Shown here: positions 1 through 13,658 of the stretch, piece after piece
Position numbering within the stretch: position 1 is the first letter of the stretch
Layout: every line of letters starts with the position of its first letter
NCBI RefSeq assembly: GCF_009914755.1
Contig: NC_060942.1
Reading direction: 5' to 3' (one strand)
Length of the DNA stretch: 64,000 nucleotides
Source: the human T2T-CHM13v2.0 reference genome, Homo sapiens
Notes under the pieces: generated by a model
The model's input: only the letters and a program-made list of their open reading frames with translations
What the model was told of the DNA's origin: nothing
Database searches by the model: none
Made by a program: the position numbers and the translations under genes

Positions 1-919
1 ATTGGAAAGGGCTTTTCTTTACCACAGAATCAGACATGCTAATCCCAATGCCAGCTTAATAAAAACTAGATGAAGTGAAATACAAAGGAAAAAGTGGTAT
101 GGTACATGAAACATGGGAAAGAGCTAAAGCTTGTTAATGTTTGAGGATCTACAAACTTGGAATATTTTCACACTGTATTTTTCATTTATTTCTCAAATTT
201 GAAGTTAAATTTGTTTCTAAGACCTGAAGCAAACACAGTCATATCATCATGCCCATTTTACAGATGTAGAAATAGAAGTGCTAAGTAGAGCCCAAAGTCA
301 TGTAGCAAGCCAGCATCAATAAAGCTTGCAGTCAGAGCGCCTGAATCCCATATTTTCATCTATTAGGCTCTACTGCCCCCTTCAGTAAATACAATGAGAA
401 ATTAAGCCTTACAGTTCCCTAGAACTGGGTTACTTAAAATGCAGTTCTGGGATTGATCACTGTCAGAATCATCCCATATCTATGAAATCGGAATCTCTTG
501 GGTGGATGCCAGAGATCCTCATTTTATAGACACTCTCAAGGTGATTCTTGTGCACATAAAATTAAGGAAGCTTTACCTCTAAATATTCAATGATAGAGCA
601 AGTGGCCATACATATATATGATTCTCTACAGGCATACATGTGATATTATTGTGCCCATATGTACCCGTATTGATTCCACTTTACAATATTTCATGTAGCA
701 TTTCCAATTTTAGAGATAAATCCTTTCCAATCACTTACTTTTACATGTAGGGGGCAATAACTAAGAGATTAGCTTGTAGCTTTTAGCGTATGTATCCTGC
801 ACACTATTCCTCTCAGATTTGCTGCAGTTGCTCCCATTTAATATATTTGGTCCCATGGTCCCATTGTTCCAATACGTAATTCCTACCTGTCACACCATAC
901 ATATTTTATACATAAATAC

Positions 920-920
<1 letters not shown>

Positions 921-970
<50 letters not shown>
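921..970. repeat. (TCTA)12.5 tetranucleotide STR
   Basis: Uninterrupted TCTA run read directly. Confidence 0.97.
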
Positions 971-3900
971 AAATAAAGTTTGGCCTTTGCAAATATGGTA
1001 ACAGCTATGTTAATTTTTATCCTGGAGAAGTAAGATGAGGGATGCTGATTTCAAAGGAGTGGAAGATGCTGGAAGGATGCATGCTGTCTTCAAAATCTAA
1101 CCAGGGCTCTGAGCAAATTCCCTAAAGATCACATATCCTAATGTGTTCTGCTCTATGCATCCTCCTTTGCTACGTGGTTTACCATGATCCAGGGAAAACT
1201 CATCCATTAAAGGAGGAACACACCAATTTCTTTTCTTTGGAAGTTAAAATAAATAATTGCAGGCATTATTTAGTTAATCTTTGCCTCTTCTGAGACTGTT
1301 GAGTCACAAACTTGCTTCAACTCTAACTTTCAGATAATGTCGCTTCTCCCTTTGCTTCCCTGTGCCTTGGCCCCATTGCCTTAAAAGGATGTTATGAGAA
1401 TGGATAATAGAATATGTACAACATAATGGGAAGAGAACAGCACTGGTAGCCAGGCAGTGAGCCTGCGAGTGCCAGGTTCCACTGGCAAGATGACTGATTT
1501 CATCGAGGTATTTCCTTAGGATTTTTCTCTTTTCAAAAAACTAAATTGGACTAAATAATTTCAAAGCCTTCTTTTACAAGGAGATTATTAGATGAAAAAT
1601 AGATAGGAAGATACAATGTCCGCATTGCAGGGAGATTAGTGTGAATGGGAAGCTACACCAGATGACCTTCTGATCAGGAGGTTCTACTATTCTAAAATTG
1701 TCATTTTAAGGGGAAAAAAACCCAACTCTGCCTGGTCCTTTAATTATGTATCTTATGATTTTAGAGTCTCGGAGAATTAAATCAGGGAGGAGTTAGACAA
1801 TCTTGCAAGCGTATATTAAATTGTGGTTAAAAAAATTAAGGAGAGCAAAAGTCATTTATTTTACAATTGTTGGATTCTCCCTTATTAAGGGGACTAAAAC
1901 CTCTTTATTCTTACACCAGAGAAGCAGGACATCCCTAACTAGTCTACACGAATGGTCCAAGGTGAAGTTCAATATAATCACTGGAAAAGCACAGTAATGA
2001 ATTTTCCAACGTCTATGAAAAATCTGTTTCTCCACTTCATAGTCATACCTCTTCCATGGACTTTGTGAAATGGCACTCTTAAAATGGATCTGAGTTCATG
2101 AATCAGAGATCAAAAACAGCATGTGTATAAATGCATATTTTAGAAGTATTGTTGCAGGGATACCTATGCAGATAGAAGGTGTATATATAAACCTGCACAC
2201 ATGCACCTGGCATGCAGTAACCGCAGGCTCACATAATTCTGCTTCATAGACAGTTCTGTGATATCACAAGCCTGATTTTTGTGGGAAGTTTCCTAATTCT
2301 GTGAAACAATTAGTAGAAACTCCAGTTGACAGAGAACAGTGACCTAATATACACAAAAGGACCCACATATCCAGAAAATTCATTGTATAAATATATCTTA
2401 GAAATGGAAAAAAAGCAGGCATATTGCTAGACTTTAGCAAATGAAACAAAAAGTTTTTAATGAGAGTCCTAAATATTCCTACATTTAAAAGATCAGGGAA
2501 TCAGAAGAGGTCTTTCTTTAATCACGTGAGTGCTCTCCAAGACAAAAAAAAAAAAAAAAAAAAATTAAAAACAAGAATTTGGTCAAAAGTAACAGTAAGA
2601 GTAAATGTTATGCCTTTCTTTACACAATATTTTCTCCTTTATCTCTGTGTAACAGTAATTAATTGATTCTTTATATCATTACCTTTTAGTTTATAAACAT
2701 AGAGGACTGGGTTGAATATAAGTAAATCAGTCACTGAAAAAAAATTAATGCAATTACCTATTGTGGTTTTAATTTAAGAATTTGGAAAAACACTTAAATA
2801 TGAATTTACCAAAATAATGTGAAAAAAAAATTCTCCCTGTGTGATAACCCACTAAGACAGATTGTTGTCTTTGAACCTAAACCCAAAGTGGTGGAAAACA
2901 TAATCTAATTACAAATTAAAGTCAGCCTGGCAATACTGCATATATTTTTTAGCAGTTCCTAAAAAACCTGACACAAAAGAGCAATGTGTTCTACCATTCA
3001 CAAATCACTGTGTAAAATTGTGTAATGCCATGATCTCATGTGGGCTAGAGACTGTGGGTGAATAGTTCTCTTAAAGAATGGTGAATGATTACCTTGATTT
3101 ACTGTCTTTAATTTGCAATCAAGCAAACTGTCTTCTGAGGAGAATGGAAAAAGGGGAAACGAAATCTACTGGCCACTGAGAGATCCAAGGCTAGTTTTTC
3201 TCTTTCACTCTTTGCTAACTAATGCTATGCCTTTAATTAGTAGATTGGAATTCTGTGAGATCAGAAAGTGTGTGTTACAGGCAGAAACCTCTGACTGTGG
3301 CTAACCAAGCACTTTGGTGTTGCCGAAAATGTCTTTAGAAAACAGTGAAACTGAAGGCCAAGAATAATAAAGTTTCTTTAATAACTTCCAAGAAGGCTTT
3401 CCTATATATTTTTGATCTTCCCTTTACTACCACTGAGTCTTTCTGGACTGCTGCTTTCTCACAATGTTTTGTCAATTTTTTTTTCCCTTTATTAATTGGA
3501 CCTGACAATAGTGAGAATAAAAGAGAATCAGAGAGAGAGAATTAACAGAATTCTGCTGCTGATCACTGATTCCACATCCAAAGTTAGCACCAGGCAGGAG
3601 CAATCTCATCTTTTTATGAATGAAGAGGGGCATCTCTACCAAGATCAGTGAAAAACAGGGAGAAGATTGTGCAAACCCAATAGGAAATCCATTCAGGAAC
3701 CTTGACATTCACTTGCTGGATTATTAGGGCAATTTAAATTAAAAATAAAGAAAATCATCAATGACTGTGGTGGATGGGATTTCAGAAAAAGGCAGCAAAG
3801 AAACATCCCAGTAGCCAAAGTCATTAGCAGAACTGTTCAGCACTTTCATAAATTGCATGTAAAGTAGTTTTAACTGAATTGGGAGACTTAAAATTGTTCT

Positions 3901-4465
3901 AACACAAGAGGGAGGAAAACTCAGCCAGGGAAAGAAAACTCCCACTGGGCAAAGATGGAAATAATCTTGAACCAATTATTGAAAAAAATAATTTTACCTG
4001 TATTTAAAAGATCCTGGATTCATGCTTATGAATGCTTCCTCAGTGATCTTGTGTGGTACCTTATTTAAGCAGACCCCCACCCCCAAAAAGAGCAATCATC
4101 ATAAATGTTAATTTTGCAAAGCAACAGTAACTATTCAGAATCCTGGTCCTGGAAAACAACCGATCATATTTCAATCACCAGCCATATAATATCCTCTAAG
4201 AGCACCTAGCAGATCTAAGGAGATCATGTGTCAATTAAAGATTTTATAAAGCCCTTGTGGAGACACAGATTTGTAGATATCTGATGTCTCCATCTGCTTT
4301 TTTACTATCTGTGCACACATTAATTTGTCAGCTCTTCCAGTCTTTCTAGCCATTATTTAGAGGAGAAATAAAATCACAAATACTACCCCTTCCTTTCCCT
4401 ACCACAAAAACCATCCAAATCAACACCACACTATTACCAAATACAAAGTAATAAAAGAGTTATAC

Positions 4466-4546
4466 CCAAACCTGGTCAGTCCTTCCATTTCTTGAAACTT
4501 GCACACAAACTGAAGAAACCCACTCAGCCTTAAAAAGGTCGATCAT
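4466..4546 (-). CDS. DLGAP1: DLGAP1 alternative first coding exon (GKAP-type N-terminus MIDLFKAEWVSSVCVQVSRNGRTDQ[VW])
   Basis: Minus strand ATG at 4546 translates to MIDLFKAEWVSSVCVQVSRNGRTDQ, which I recognise as the short GKAP isoform N-terminus. Phase-0 donors CAG|gtttgg (exon end 4472) and TGG|gtataa (exon end 4466). Too short for the ORF track. Confidence 0.88.
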
Positions 4547-4800
4547 TTTGCTTTCCTAAAATTTCATCTCTGGGAGTGCTTTCCTTCTCGGTCTGTCTTG
4601 CTCTCTCTCTCGCTCCCTCTGTCTCTCTCTCTCCACTTCTACCGCGGAGAGAGCGTTTTGTTTCCCTTTTCCTGTTTCTACGGCTGAATGAATGCAAAAT
4701 ACACTGTTTGAAGGGATTTTTCTTTTAGGTTAACAGTTGGAAATCTAAAATCTTGCTCTTCTGAATGGCTTTATATGTCAGTCACTCAACATACAACATT
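4547..4800 (-). promoter_or_regulatory. Probable 5' UTR / internal promoter of the short DLGAP1 (GKAP) isoform
   Basis: Repeat-free GA-rich tract with a local CpG cluster (ccgcgg, gagcg, tacggc) directly upstream of the 4546 ATG. The TSS cannot be determined from sequence. Confidence 0.5.
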
Positions 4801-4931
4801 TACATAAAGAGGCATAAACAGAACCAAGAATTCTGCTTTTTAAAAGCAAAAACAAAACAACAACAAAAACCACCTTTTATTCTATCTCTGAACCTCTTCC
4901 TATTTTATTTATTTAACTATTAAGCACTTAC

Positions 4932-5024
4932 CCTGAGATGTGCCATAAATGCTTTATTCCAAATGTATAAGAGCCAACCACATCTCAACTGAGAATTAAA
5001 CAGTTTTAATGTCTTCAAATCCAT
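4932..5024 (-). CDS. DLGAP1: DLGAP1 alternative first coding exon (MDLKTLKLFNSQLRCGWLLYIWNKAFMAHLR)
   Basis: 31 codons from ATG 5024 end at a consensus donor AGG|gtaagt in phase 0, the same phase as the other first exons. The ORF extends upstream to an ATG at 5105. The peptide resembles a recalled DLGAP1 isoform N-terminus. Confidence 0.7.
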
Positions 5025-5599
5025 GTTCCTGCTCCCAACCCTAATACAGACAGTCACTGGCAGCGGTACAATAGTTCTAAACAGCAGACATCTGATTCTT
5101 GACATTTAAAAATAACAATATTGGAAAAAAAAGGAGTCCCTTTTTTTATTAACTGCAGACAGCTTGTGAGTGAGCACTTATCACTCATAATACAATTGAC
5201 CGTATTAACTGGGACTTGCAACGATTTCAAGCTACAGTATTTGATTCCTAAGTCAATGTCAGGCAGAGGCTAAATACTTATAGACTTCTCATTTTCTATA
5301 GAATCATGGCAATGGCCTAAATTAAGCGAATTCTAAGTGATAATTCCGCAAAGAGAGAAGCAGAGCTTTGCTAGTATTTAGACTTTATTATTGGTGATTA
5401 CTAATTTCATCTTTGTTAGTCTTGAATCAAATTAGGGACATAATCAGTTGTTTCATTGTTAGTCTAATTTCATATCCATGCCCTCTTAACTTCTCACATG
5501 CATATGAGGTCAAATGCACACATACATTTACCACAAAATAAATCAAGTAATAAAATAAAAAATACGCACTCATTTCCATTACTGAAGCATATTACGGAG

Positions 5600-6025
5600 T
5601 TGGGTAGATTTGGGATCAAGTGCTAGCTCCCCCACTTACTGTTTATGTGTTCCTGGGCAAATGATTTAAGCATTTGTGCCTGTTTTGTTGTCTATAAAAC
5701 TAAAGTAAATAATACTCTACAAAGTTGTTTTGAGTACTTAATGAGACATACACAGTTTCTGGCACATAATAGATATTTGATATACACTGCTTCCTTCCTC
5801 TGCTTTGTATTTGGAGGAGGTAGAGATTGGGCATAGTAAATGAATACAGACTTTGAAAGCAGACAAATCAGTTTTGACCCAACGTGTTGCCACATACTAG
5901 CTGTGTGTCCTTGGGCAGGTTACTTAACCTAATTTACGAAATCTTAGCTTCTTCAACTGTGAAATATCTCTAGAATTTTAAAGAGCAAATTAGACAACAT
6001 CTGAAAAACATACAGTAGGCATCTC
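5600..6025 (+). mobile_element. Two adjacent degenerate MIR SINEs
   Basis: MIR core-like motifs (ccacatactagctgtgtgtccttgggcaggttacttaacc; ctggcacataatag). Confidence 0.6.
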
Positions 6026-7299
6026 TGAAATGAGAGTCCTGGGACTTCCAATTCTTGAAAATAGTTCTAATTAGTACTCTGACACATGTAATTTACGAGT
6101 TTGAAAATGCATACTGAGATCATACATCTTTTGGACCAAGCGCCTCATTTTCTAGCAGAGGAAGGAGGTCCAGAGAGCTGAAAGCATGTTTCCAGGTCAT
6201 GTTACTAGTTAGCAGCAAATAAGGACTAGAACGCTCCGGGAACTAGAAGAATAGTGCTTTGCCTACTAAGTCTCTAATATTGAAGTTAAATCCATTTGTA
6301 AATCCAGCTTCAATATTAGTTGGCAATTAAGGCAATAGAGCTGAAAAAAAAAAAAAAAGAACTCCAAAGAAACCCTCTTTCCCTCTCTGTTTTCCCAAAT
6401 TTACTTCTAAGAATGAGCCTATAGATGAAATTATTCCCTTGGAGCTAGCTGGCACGGGCTAACCCTATCTTCCTCAGCAGAGCTTGCACGGGGTGGCAGA
6501 TCCTCTTTTCATTTCCTAGAAGCAAGAAGGGAGCCAGAAGCCCAGTTCTCAGGAGGTATTTTCTATTCTCCTCTGACCCCATATGAATATATGGCTCTTT
6601 CTTCCCTTTCTTTACAGCATCTCTTCAGCCTCAGCACAGGGGTTGGGAGGTCTACACTGTTTTACATTTAATTCTCTTACTAACATACTACCTCCCAACA
6701 TTGAAATATAGATTTTTTCCCCTAGTTTGAAAGTCTTGCATAAATAGAAGCTTAATACATTCAATATCTATTAATAAGGATTAACTTGGAGTTTAGTTTA
6801 AAAGGTTGAACTAGCTTGGTTAATTATTTCCCAATGTAGGACAGAATATGTTAAACTGTTTTCAACCTTTCAATAATTTCAGAATTGAAAACAAAGGTGC
6901 TTTGGTGTCAAAGACAGATGAGCTATTACTCTGGGGAAGAAGGGAAGTAAAGGGATTAATATGAGTGTGTCTGTGATCCATTGTAATGAATGTTTTAGTT
7001 CTGTATGACGGGTGATGTATACATGGGTGTTTTATTTTTTTTCTTTATACCTTTCTGTAAGCCTCAAACGTTTCATTACAAAAATGACTTAAAGAAGGCA
7101 AATAGTTTGAAAATAGAATTTCCAAATCTTTATAGTAGGAGATCCAATAATGCTACTACTAAATCCCATACTTAAGCCTTTAAGATTTCATTCTCATTTT
7201 ACTGAAAAACTTTAATAATAATATGCTTATTTTAAAGATTTTTATTTTCTTCTTGCTCACCATTTTTGATGCCCTTGATTTCAGGTCTGTGCTAGGGCA

Positions 7300-7530
7300 T
7301 ATTAGAAAGAGCTTGGTTTTGGCATCAAACAGACTTGAGCCTAAATCTCAGTTGTACAACCTCCAGATTGTGGGGCTTTAAATGACTTGATATTTCTAAG
7401 TGTCAGTTTCTTCTCTTATAAAAATAGAATATTATTACATTCAGTAATCTTGGGATTATCACAAAGATTAAATGAAATAAGAAATGGGAACACATTTGCT
7501 ATAGCATCTGGTATATAGTAGATTTTCAAT
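7300..7530 (+). mobile_element. MIR SINE
   Basis: cagtttcttctcttataaaatag...gattaaatgaaata...ctggtatatagtag matches the MIR consensus pattern. Confidence 0.55.
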
Positions 7531-9430
7531 TAATATCACTTTCCTTATCTTTCCACTTTTCACCACTACCTGAGATCGCAACTCCAAAAAGGTATAAAAA
7601 AGAAAGAAAAATGAACCTAAGGAAGGAAGAATGTAGGCATATAGGCAGATATAACGAAAACATTTCATTACTAACAAAGGCTTATGCTAGATCCATACAC
7701 AGCATCCTTTACTCTGATACTTCTCATCTAATCTCATCATTACTTACTTAAGTACAGGTGTTTTTGTTTTTGTTTTTGTTTCCTTTCAGTTTGTTTTGTT
7801 TTTGCCACTGGTCATAGAACCTTCGCAGACAAAATGTGTGGTACTCTAGGGCTTTTATCTCTTTACTCCTTACTTTTTGTAAGACAGATATCCTTATCGA
7901 AATACTTTACTTTCAGTGGTGGGTGAAGCTTTATGTTCTTAAAGAGTTTCTAGAGCTTTCGGTTGCAACTTTCATTAATGGCCATTTCTCTAAGTTAAGA
8001 GACTGGGTTCTAGTCCCACCTCTGCCACATGCTAACGGTTTAACCCACTAAGTATTTACCTTTCTTTGTGTCTACTTTTTCATATGCTAAGTGGATTAAA
8101 TGATTCTTTGAGCTCTGAAATTGTTATAGTTCTTGATAACTTATTAACATGTAGCAACCTTACAGGAAATTAGGCAACACCAGCTTCAGTGGGAAGTACT
8201 GACCACATAATTGTGTGTCGTGTATGAAAACTGTCCATGTGCTGGTGGCTTCTTCTGAACTCCAAGAACAGGCTCTGGCACTGCCCTTGTCCAGGGATTG
8301 CCAGCTTGGGGTCTTCTCAGGGATTGATGGAGGCATTCCCAAGGGAGCCAGACTTGTCAGGAGGAGTTCAAAGGGAGCAAAAAAGATGAACTCCTCAAAG
8401 GAAGAATTTTTCTTTGCATTTCTTCTTAAGGTGGGAGTGTAAAATGGGAGTGGGTATGTTATACTTTTATAGCTCAGTAATTTTTTTTTTTTTTTTAAGA
8501 TGAGGCTACCAGGAGAGAACAGAGAAGAAAAGACACTCTGAAAAAGGAAAAGATGAGAGTTCTTATGGAAAAATGTGCCTTGGGAAAAATTACAATACTA
8601 CAGCAAGGAGGTAGGGAAGAAAAACATCTCTCTCCTATATTTTTATCCAGGTAACATCTGGTTTCAGTGAACTGGAGGAAAACACAAGGAGACAGTGGCA
8701 GGGGAAGAGCAGCCTACCGTGGCTCTGTAAGTGTGTGGGATTTACATGCTGACACTAATTGTATTTTACTTCTCTAATCCTTCCTCCTTTTCCTCCTCCT
8801 CTCTGTTGTCCTGGGTGTCTGCAGCTGTGCTTGTCAGGTCCCCAAACTGGCTAGCTCCCCACCTCCTCAGGGCACAGGGCGTCTTCCTGATTTGCTGTGC
8901 CCTCGATGTGGAAGCTCAGGTCGGGGTGTAGTTACTGATGGTTATGATGATGACCATCGCAGTATTCTAACATAGCTTCAGGCAGGATTTCACAATGAAA
9001 ACCACCCCACAAAACCCTGAATAGATCTAATGAAACTCTTTCCAAAATTCAAACGATCGTCACGTATTTTTGAATTAAAGAAAGGTGGACTTCTTTTAAA
9101 ATTCTCTGTAGACTTCCCTTTCCTCTCTTTCCCATCCTATGATCCCTCAGACAAAAGAGGAAGCCCATAATAACTGGTTGCCTTTCCATAGGCGTGCTTT
9201 TCAAAGCACTTGGATATCTAGTGTCTTAAGATAACCCGGTGAGGTCGGTAGCATTTGTTTCTTTTCATTTTCCCTACAGGAGCAATTCGGCACAGAGATG
9301 CCGAATAATTTGCACAGGTTCCTATCTTAATAGACAATTCAGAGTAGTGCCAAGACTAGAACCAGGAGAAATGCCCACACAAGCATGCCAGGTACTACTT
9401 CTAAGCCTCCATCATTGACAGAAATGGTAC

Positions 9431-10387
9431 CTGCAGGTACTGGCAGGAGCGTTCTTGCTGACACGACTCGGACTTCACCATGGCCTGGTCCATGTTCACC
9501 GAGGCCTTCTGGTAAACCTCCCGGGCCCGGCTCACGGTGAGCGTGGAGGACCAGGCGCTCTTCTTCAGCAGCGGGGTGTCCAGGCTGACCGGCAGGTTGG
9601 CGCAGGTGGAGCACTTGACGTCGTTGTTGCTCCGGGAGGCCTTCACCGCCTGCTCGCTGATGGTGTTGTAGGCCTCCAGGAAGTACTGTGAGGCCGAGCG
9701 GTCGGGGCACCTGCCCATGGTCATCACGCCCGAGGGGGCGTGGTAGATGCACATGTCACCATCCAGGTTGTCGTCCGAGCTCCACCAGCCCGGGGAGGTG
9801 CTGGGCCGGGCCTTGGGCTCCGCGCGCCGCTCCTTGCTCTTGCTGCGTTTGCCATAGCGCGCCGCCTGCGCCTCGTCAGGGCTGGCCTTGCCCCCGTTGA
9901 CGCTGCCCTTGGACGGCCCCTCCAGGGAGTGCGACTTGGTGAAGAGCTTCTGGACCGAGTGCACCAGGTGGCGGATGCGGCCGGGGCTGTCGCTGCGGTG
10001 CTCCACGGCCGTGCGCTTGTACTGCAGGGTGTGATAGCCATCGCGGCTGAGTGGCAGCTGCCGCTCGAACTGGTCCAGCAGGTTGGCGGGGATGCGGTTC
10101 GCCTTGGTGGCCAGGGTGCGGGGCACCAGGGCACACTCGTCCTTCAGCTCTTGCTGCGAGGTGTAGTGCCTGCGGGGGAAGGTGCTGCTGGCCAGCGGGT
10201 CGCTGAAGGGGCCCACGCACTCAGCCTGGAAGGAGTTCCGCTGGGTGTAGTATGGGTGGTCTGCGGGGTGGTGCTCCACTGGGCTCAGCAGGTAGGGCTT
10301 GCGGTCGGAGTGGTGCGACAGCGAGTCACAGGCCGAGTCGCAGGTGACCCCGTGGTGATGGCTGCGGCTGCCTGATAGCCCTTTCAT
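9431..10387 (-). CDS. DLGAP1: Disks large-associated protein 1 (SAPAP1/DAP-1) long isoform, first coding exon, residues 1-319
   Basis: MKGLSGSRSHHHGVTCDSACD...SPGRIRHLVHSVQKLFTKSHSLE...GWWSSDDNLD...SCQYLQ is the DLGAP1 N-terminus. Kozak context tccgccATGa. Donor CAG|gtacca at 9431/9430, 957 nt, phase 0. The ORF-track tail VPFLSMMEA is intron read-through. Confidence 0.98.
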
Positions 10388-10445
10388 GGCGGACCGGAAG
10401 CAGCCGCCAGGGTCATGGACACCCGGAAGTCAGGCTCCAGACCCG
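9520..10445. other. Exonic CpG-rich island
   Basis: Very high GC and CpG density confined to the exon, against an AT-rich, CpG-depleted background. Confidence 0.75.
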
Positions 10446-10459
10446 TCTTGGGCAGGGAT
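10388..10459 (-). other. DLGAP1: 72-nt 5' UTR part of the DLGAP1 exon and its splice acceptor
   Basis: Minus strand ttaac (branch-like)...tttgcccttttcttcattcccccag|ATCCCTG places the exon start at 10459. Confidence 0.9.
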
Positions 10460-10520
10460 CTGGGGGAATGAAGAAAAGGGCAAAGTCGTTAACATTTCTC
10501 TTGGAAATTAGGTATTGCAC

Positions 10521-10796
10521 TTTACAGGGTCTTGCTCTGTTGCCCAGGCTAGAGTGCACAGGCGCCATCTCTGCTTCCTGCAGCCTCCACATCCTGGGCT
10601 CAAGCCATCCTTCCACACCAGCCTCCCGAGTAGCTAGGACTACAGGCAGGCCCCACCACGCTTGGCTAATTTTTTGTAGAGAGGAGGTCTCACTATATTG
10701 CCCAGGCTTGGTCTCGAACTCCTGGGCTCAAGCTGTCCTCCCACTTTGGCCTCCCTTAAGTGCTGGGATTACAGGCGTGAGCAACCCTGCAGGCCT
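10521..10796 (-). mobile_element. AluJ-type SINE, poly(A) tail essentially absent
   Basis: Reverse Alu with J-type ctcctgggctcaag motifs. Confidence 0.9.
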
Positions 10797-10900
10797 GGTA
10801 TTGATCTCTTGAGGGTGCCATCTGCGACCGTGTTTTTTTGGCAGAACTTAATCAGTGTCCCCTAAAACAGCTTGAACGCATTATTGGAAGAGCTCTGTCA

Positions 10901-11311
<411 letters not shown>

Positions 11312-11424
11312 CTATATTTAAAAAAAAACCAAATTGTTTTTAAATTATTTGAAACAATAACTCTCCTTCCCTCTATGACCCCAATAACTGGATGTATCGT
11401 TCTCTTGCTTCTTGGGTCTTATTC

Positions 11425-11870
<446 letters not shown>

Positions 11871-11950
11871 TAGTGTCGATCCAGCCATGTAAGCACACAG
11901 TAATAGCACTCCATAAGTGTGAATGAAAATGTGAGTTAAAAAACAAGATG

Positions 11951-12291
<341 letters not shown>

Positions 12292-12575
12292 TTAGGATAT
12301 CTCTGTCTTCTGTTGCATGTTTTCCTTTTTGAATTCTGTAGGAACAACTTCACCACACAAACAATCCCCCCAGGTTACTCAGAGTGGGAAAAAGTAAAGA
12401 TATGGCAAATAAATCATAAATGTAGAGAAAATCTGCCCAGGTATTTCTGTCAATTGAGGGTCAAGAGCTTTCTCTAAACAAACTGAGAGAACAAGTTAAG
12501 CTTGACTAGGCTAATTTGAGGATCATATATCTCTTCTTCCTAGTTTAAGGTTTCTGGTTGAGTATTTACGCACAA

Positions 12576-12865
12576 GACCAGGCGTGGTGGCTGACGCCTG
12601 TAATCCCAGCACTTTGGGAGGCCAAGGTTGGAGAATCGCTTGAACCCAGGAGTTTGAGACAAGCTGGGAAACATAGTGGGACCCAGTCTTTAAAAAAAAA
12701 AAAATTAGCTGGGAGTGGTGGTGCATGCCTGTAGTCCCAGCTACTCAAGTGGGGAGAGGATTGCTTGAGCCCAGGAGGTTGAGGCTGCAATGAGTTGTGA
12801 ATGCACCGCTATACTTCAGCCTGGGTGACAGAATGAGACCCTGTCTCAAAAAAAAAAAAAAAAAA
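12576..12865 (+). mobile_element. AluJ
   Basis: J-type gcttgagcccaggaggttgaggctgca and an A tail. Confidence 0.92.
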
Positions 12866-13283
12866 GTTAATAGCCGATGGCAAAATGACCAAAGGATGGC
12901 CCTTGAAAAGTTCTTGAGGACATGAGTGAAGGACCCCAGACCTAATAGCTCAGCCTCAGGGAAAAGTCACTCATTCATATCCCATGTAGGGTATCTCAGT
13001 CCATTTCCAAGCTCGGATCTTCCGGAGCTTTAGTAACTAACAGAGGCTGCTATTCCATCAGGGCAGAGTATTTTCTCTGGACTCCAAAACAGTGTTAGAG
13101 TCAGTGCCTGACCAAGTTCCTTCTGACAGCCTGATTTTCTTTCAAGACTTCCTACAATACAAAAATTGCCATATAAAGAGTCATCTTGGAAAGCCAACAT
13201 GACTCTCTAAAATATCACTAATGTCATTTCAGATATTCCTAGAGAGATAGATATGTGGTTTAATTAAGAAACAAAACATATAG

Positions 13284-13658
<375 letters not shown>

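Noticed and set aside
9339-10375. Overlapping and antisense ORFs in the exon (211 aa on +; 137, 136 and 114 aa on -)
   Set aside because: Expected by-products of very high GC content and codon bias in the real frame. No recognisable domains.
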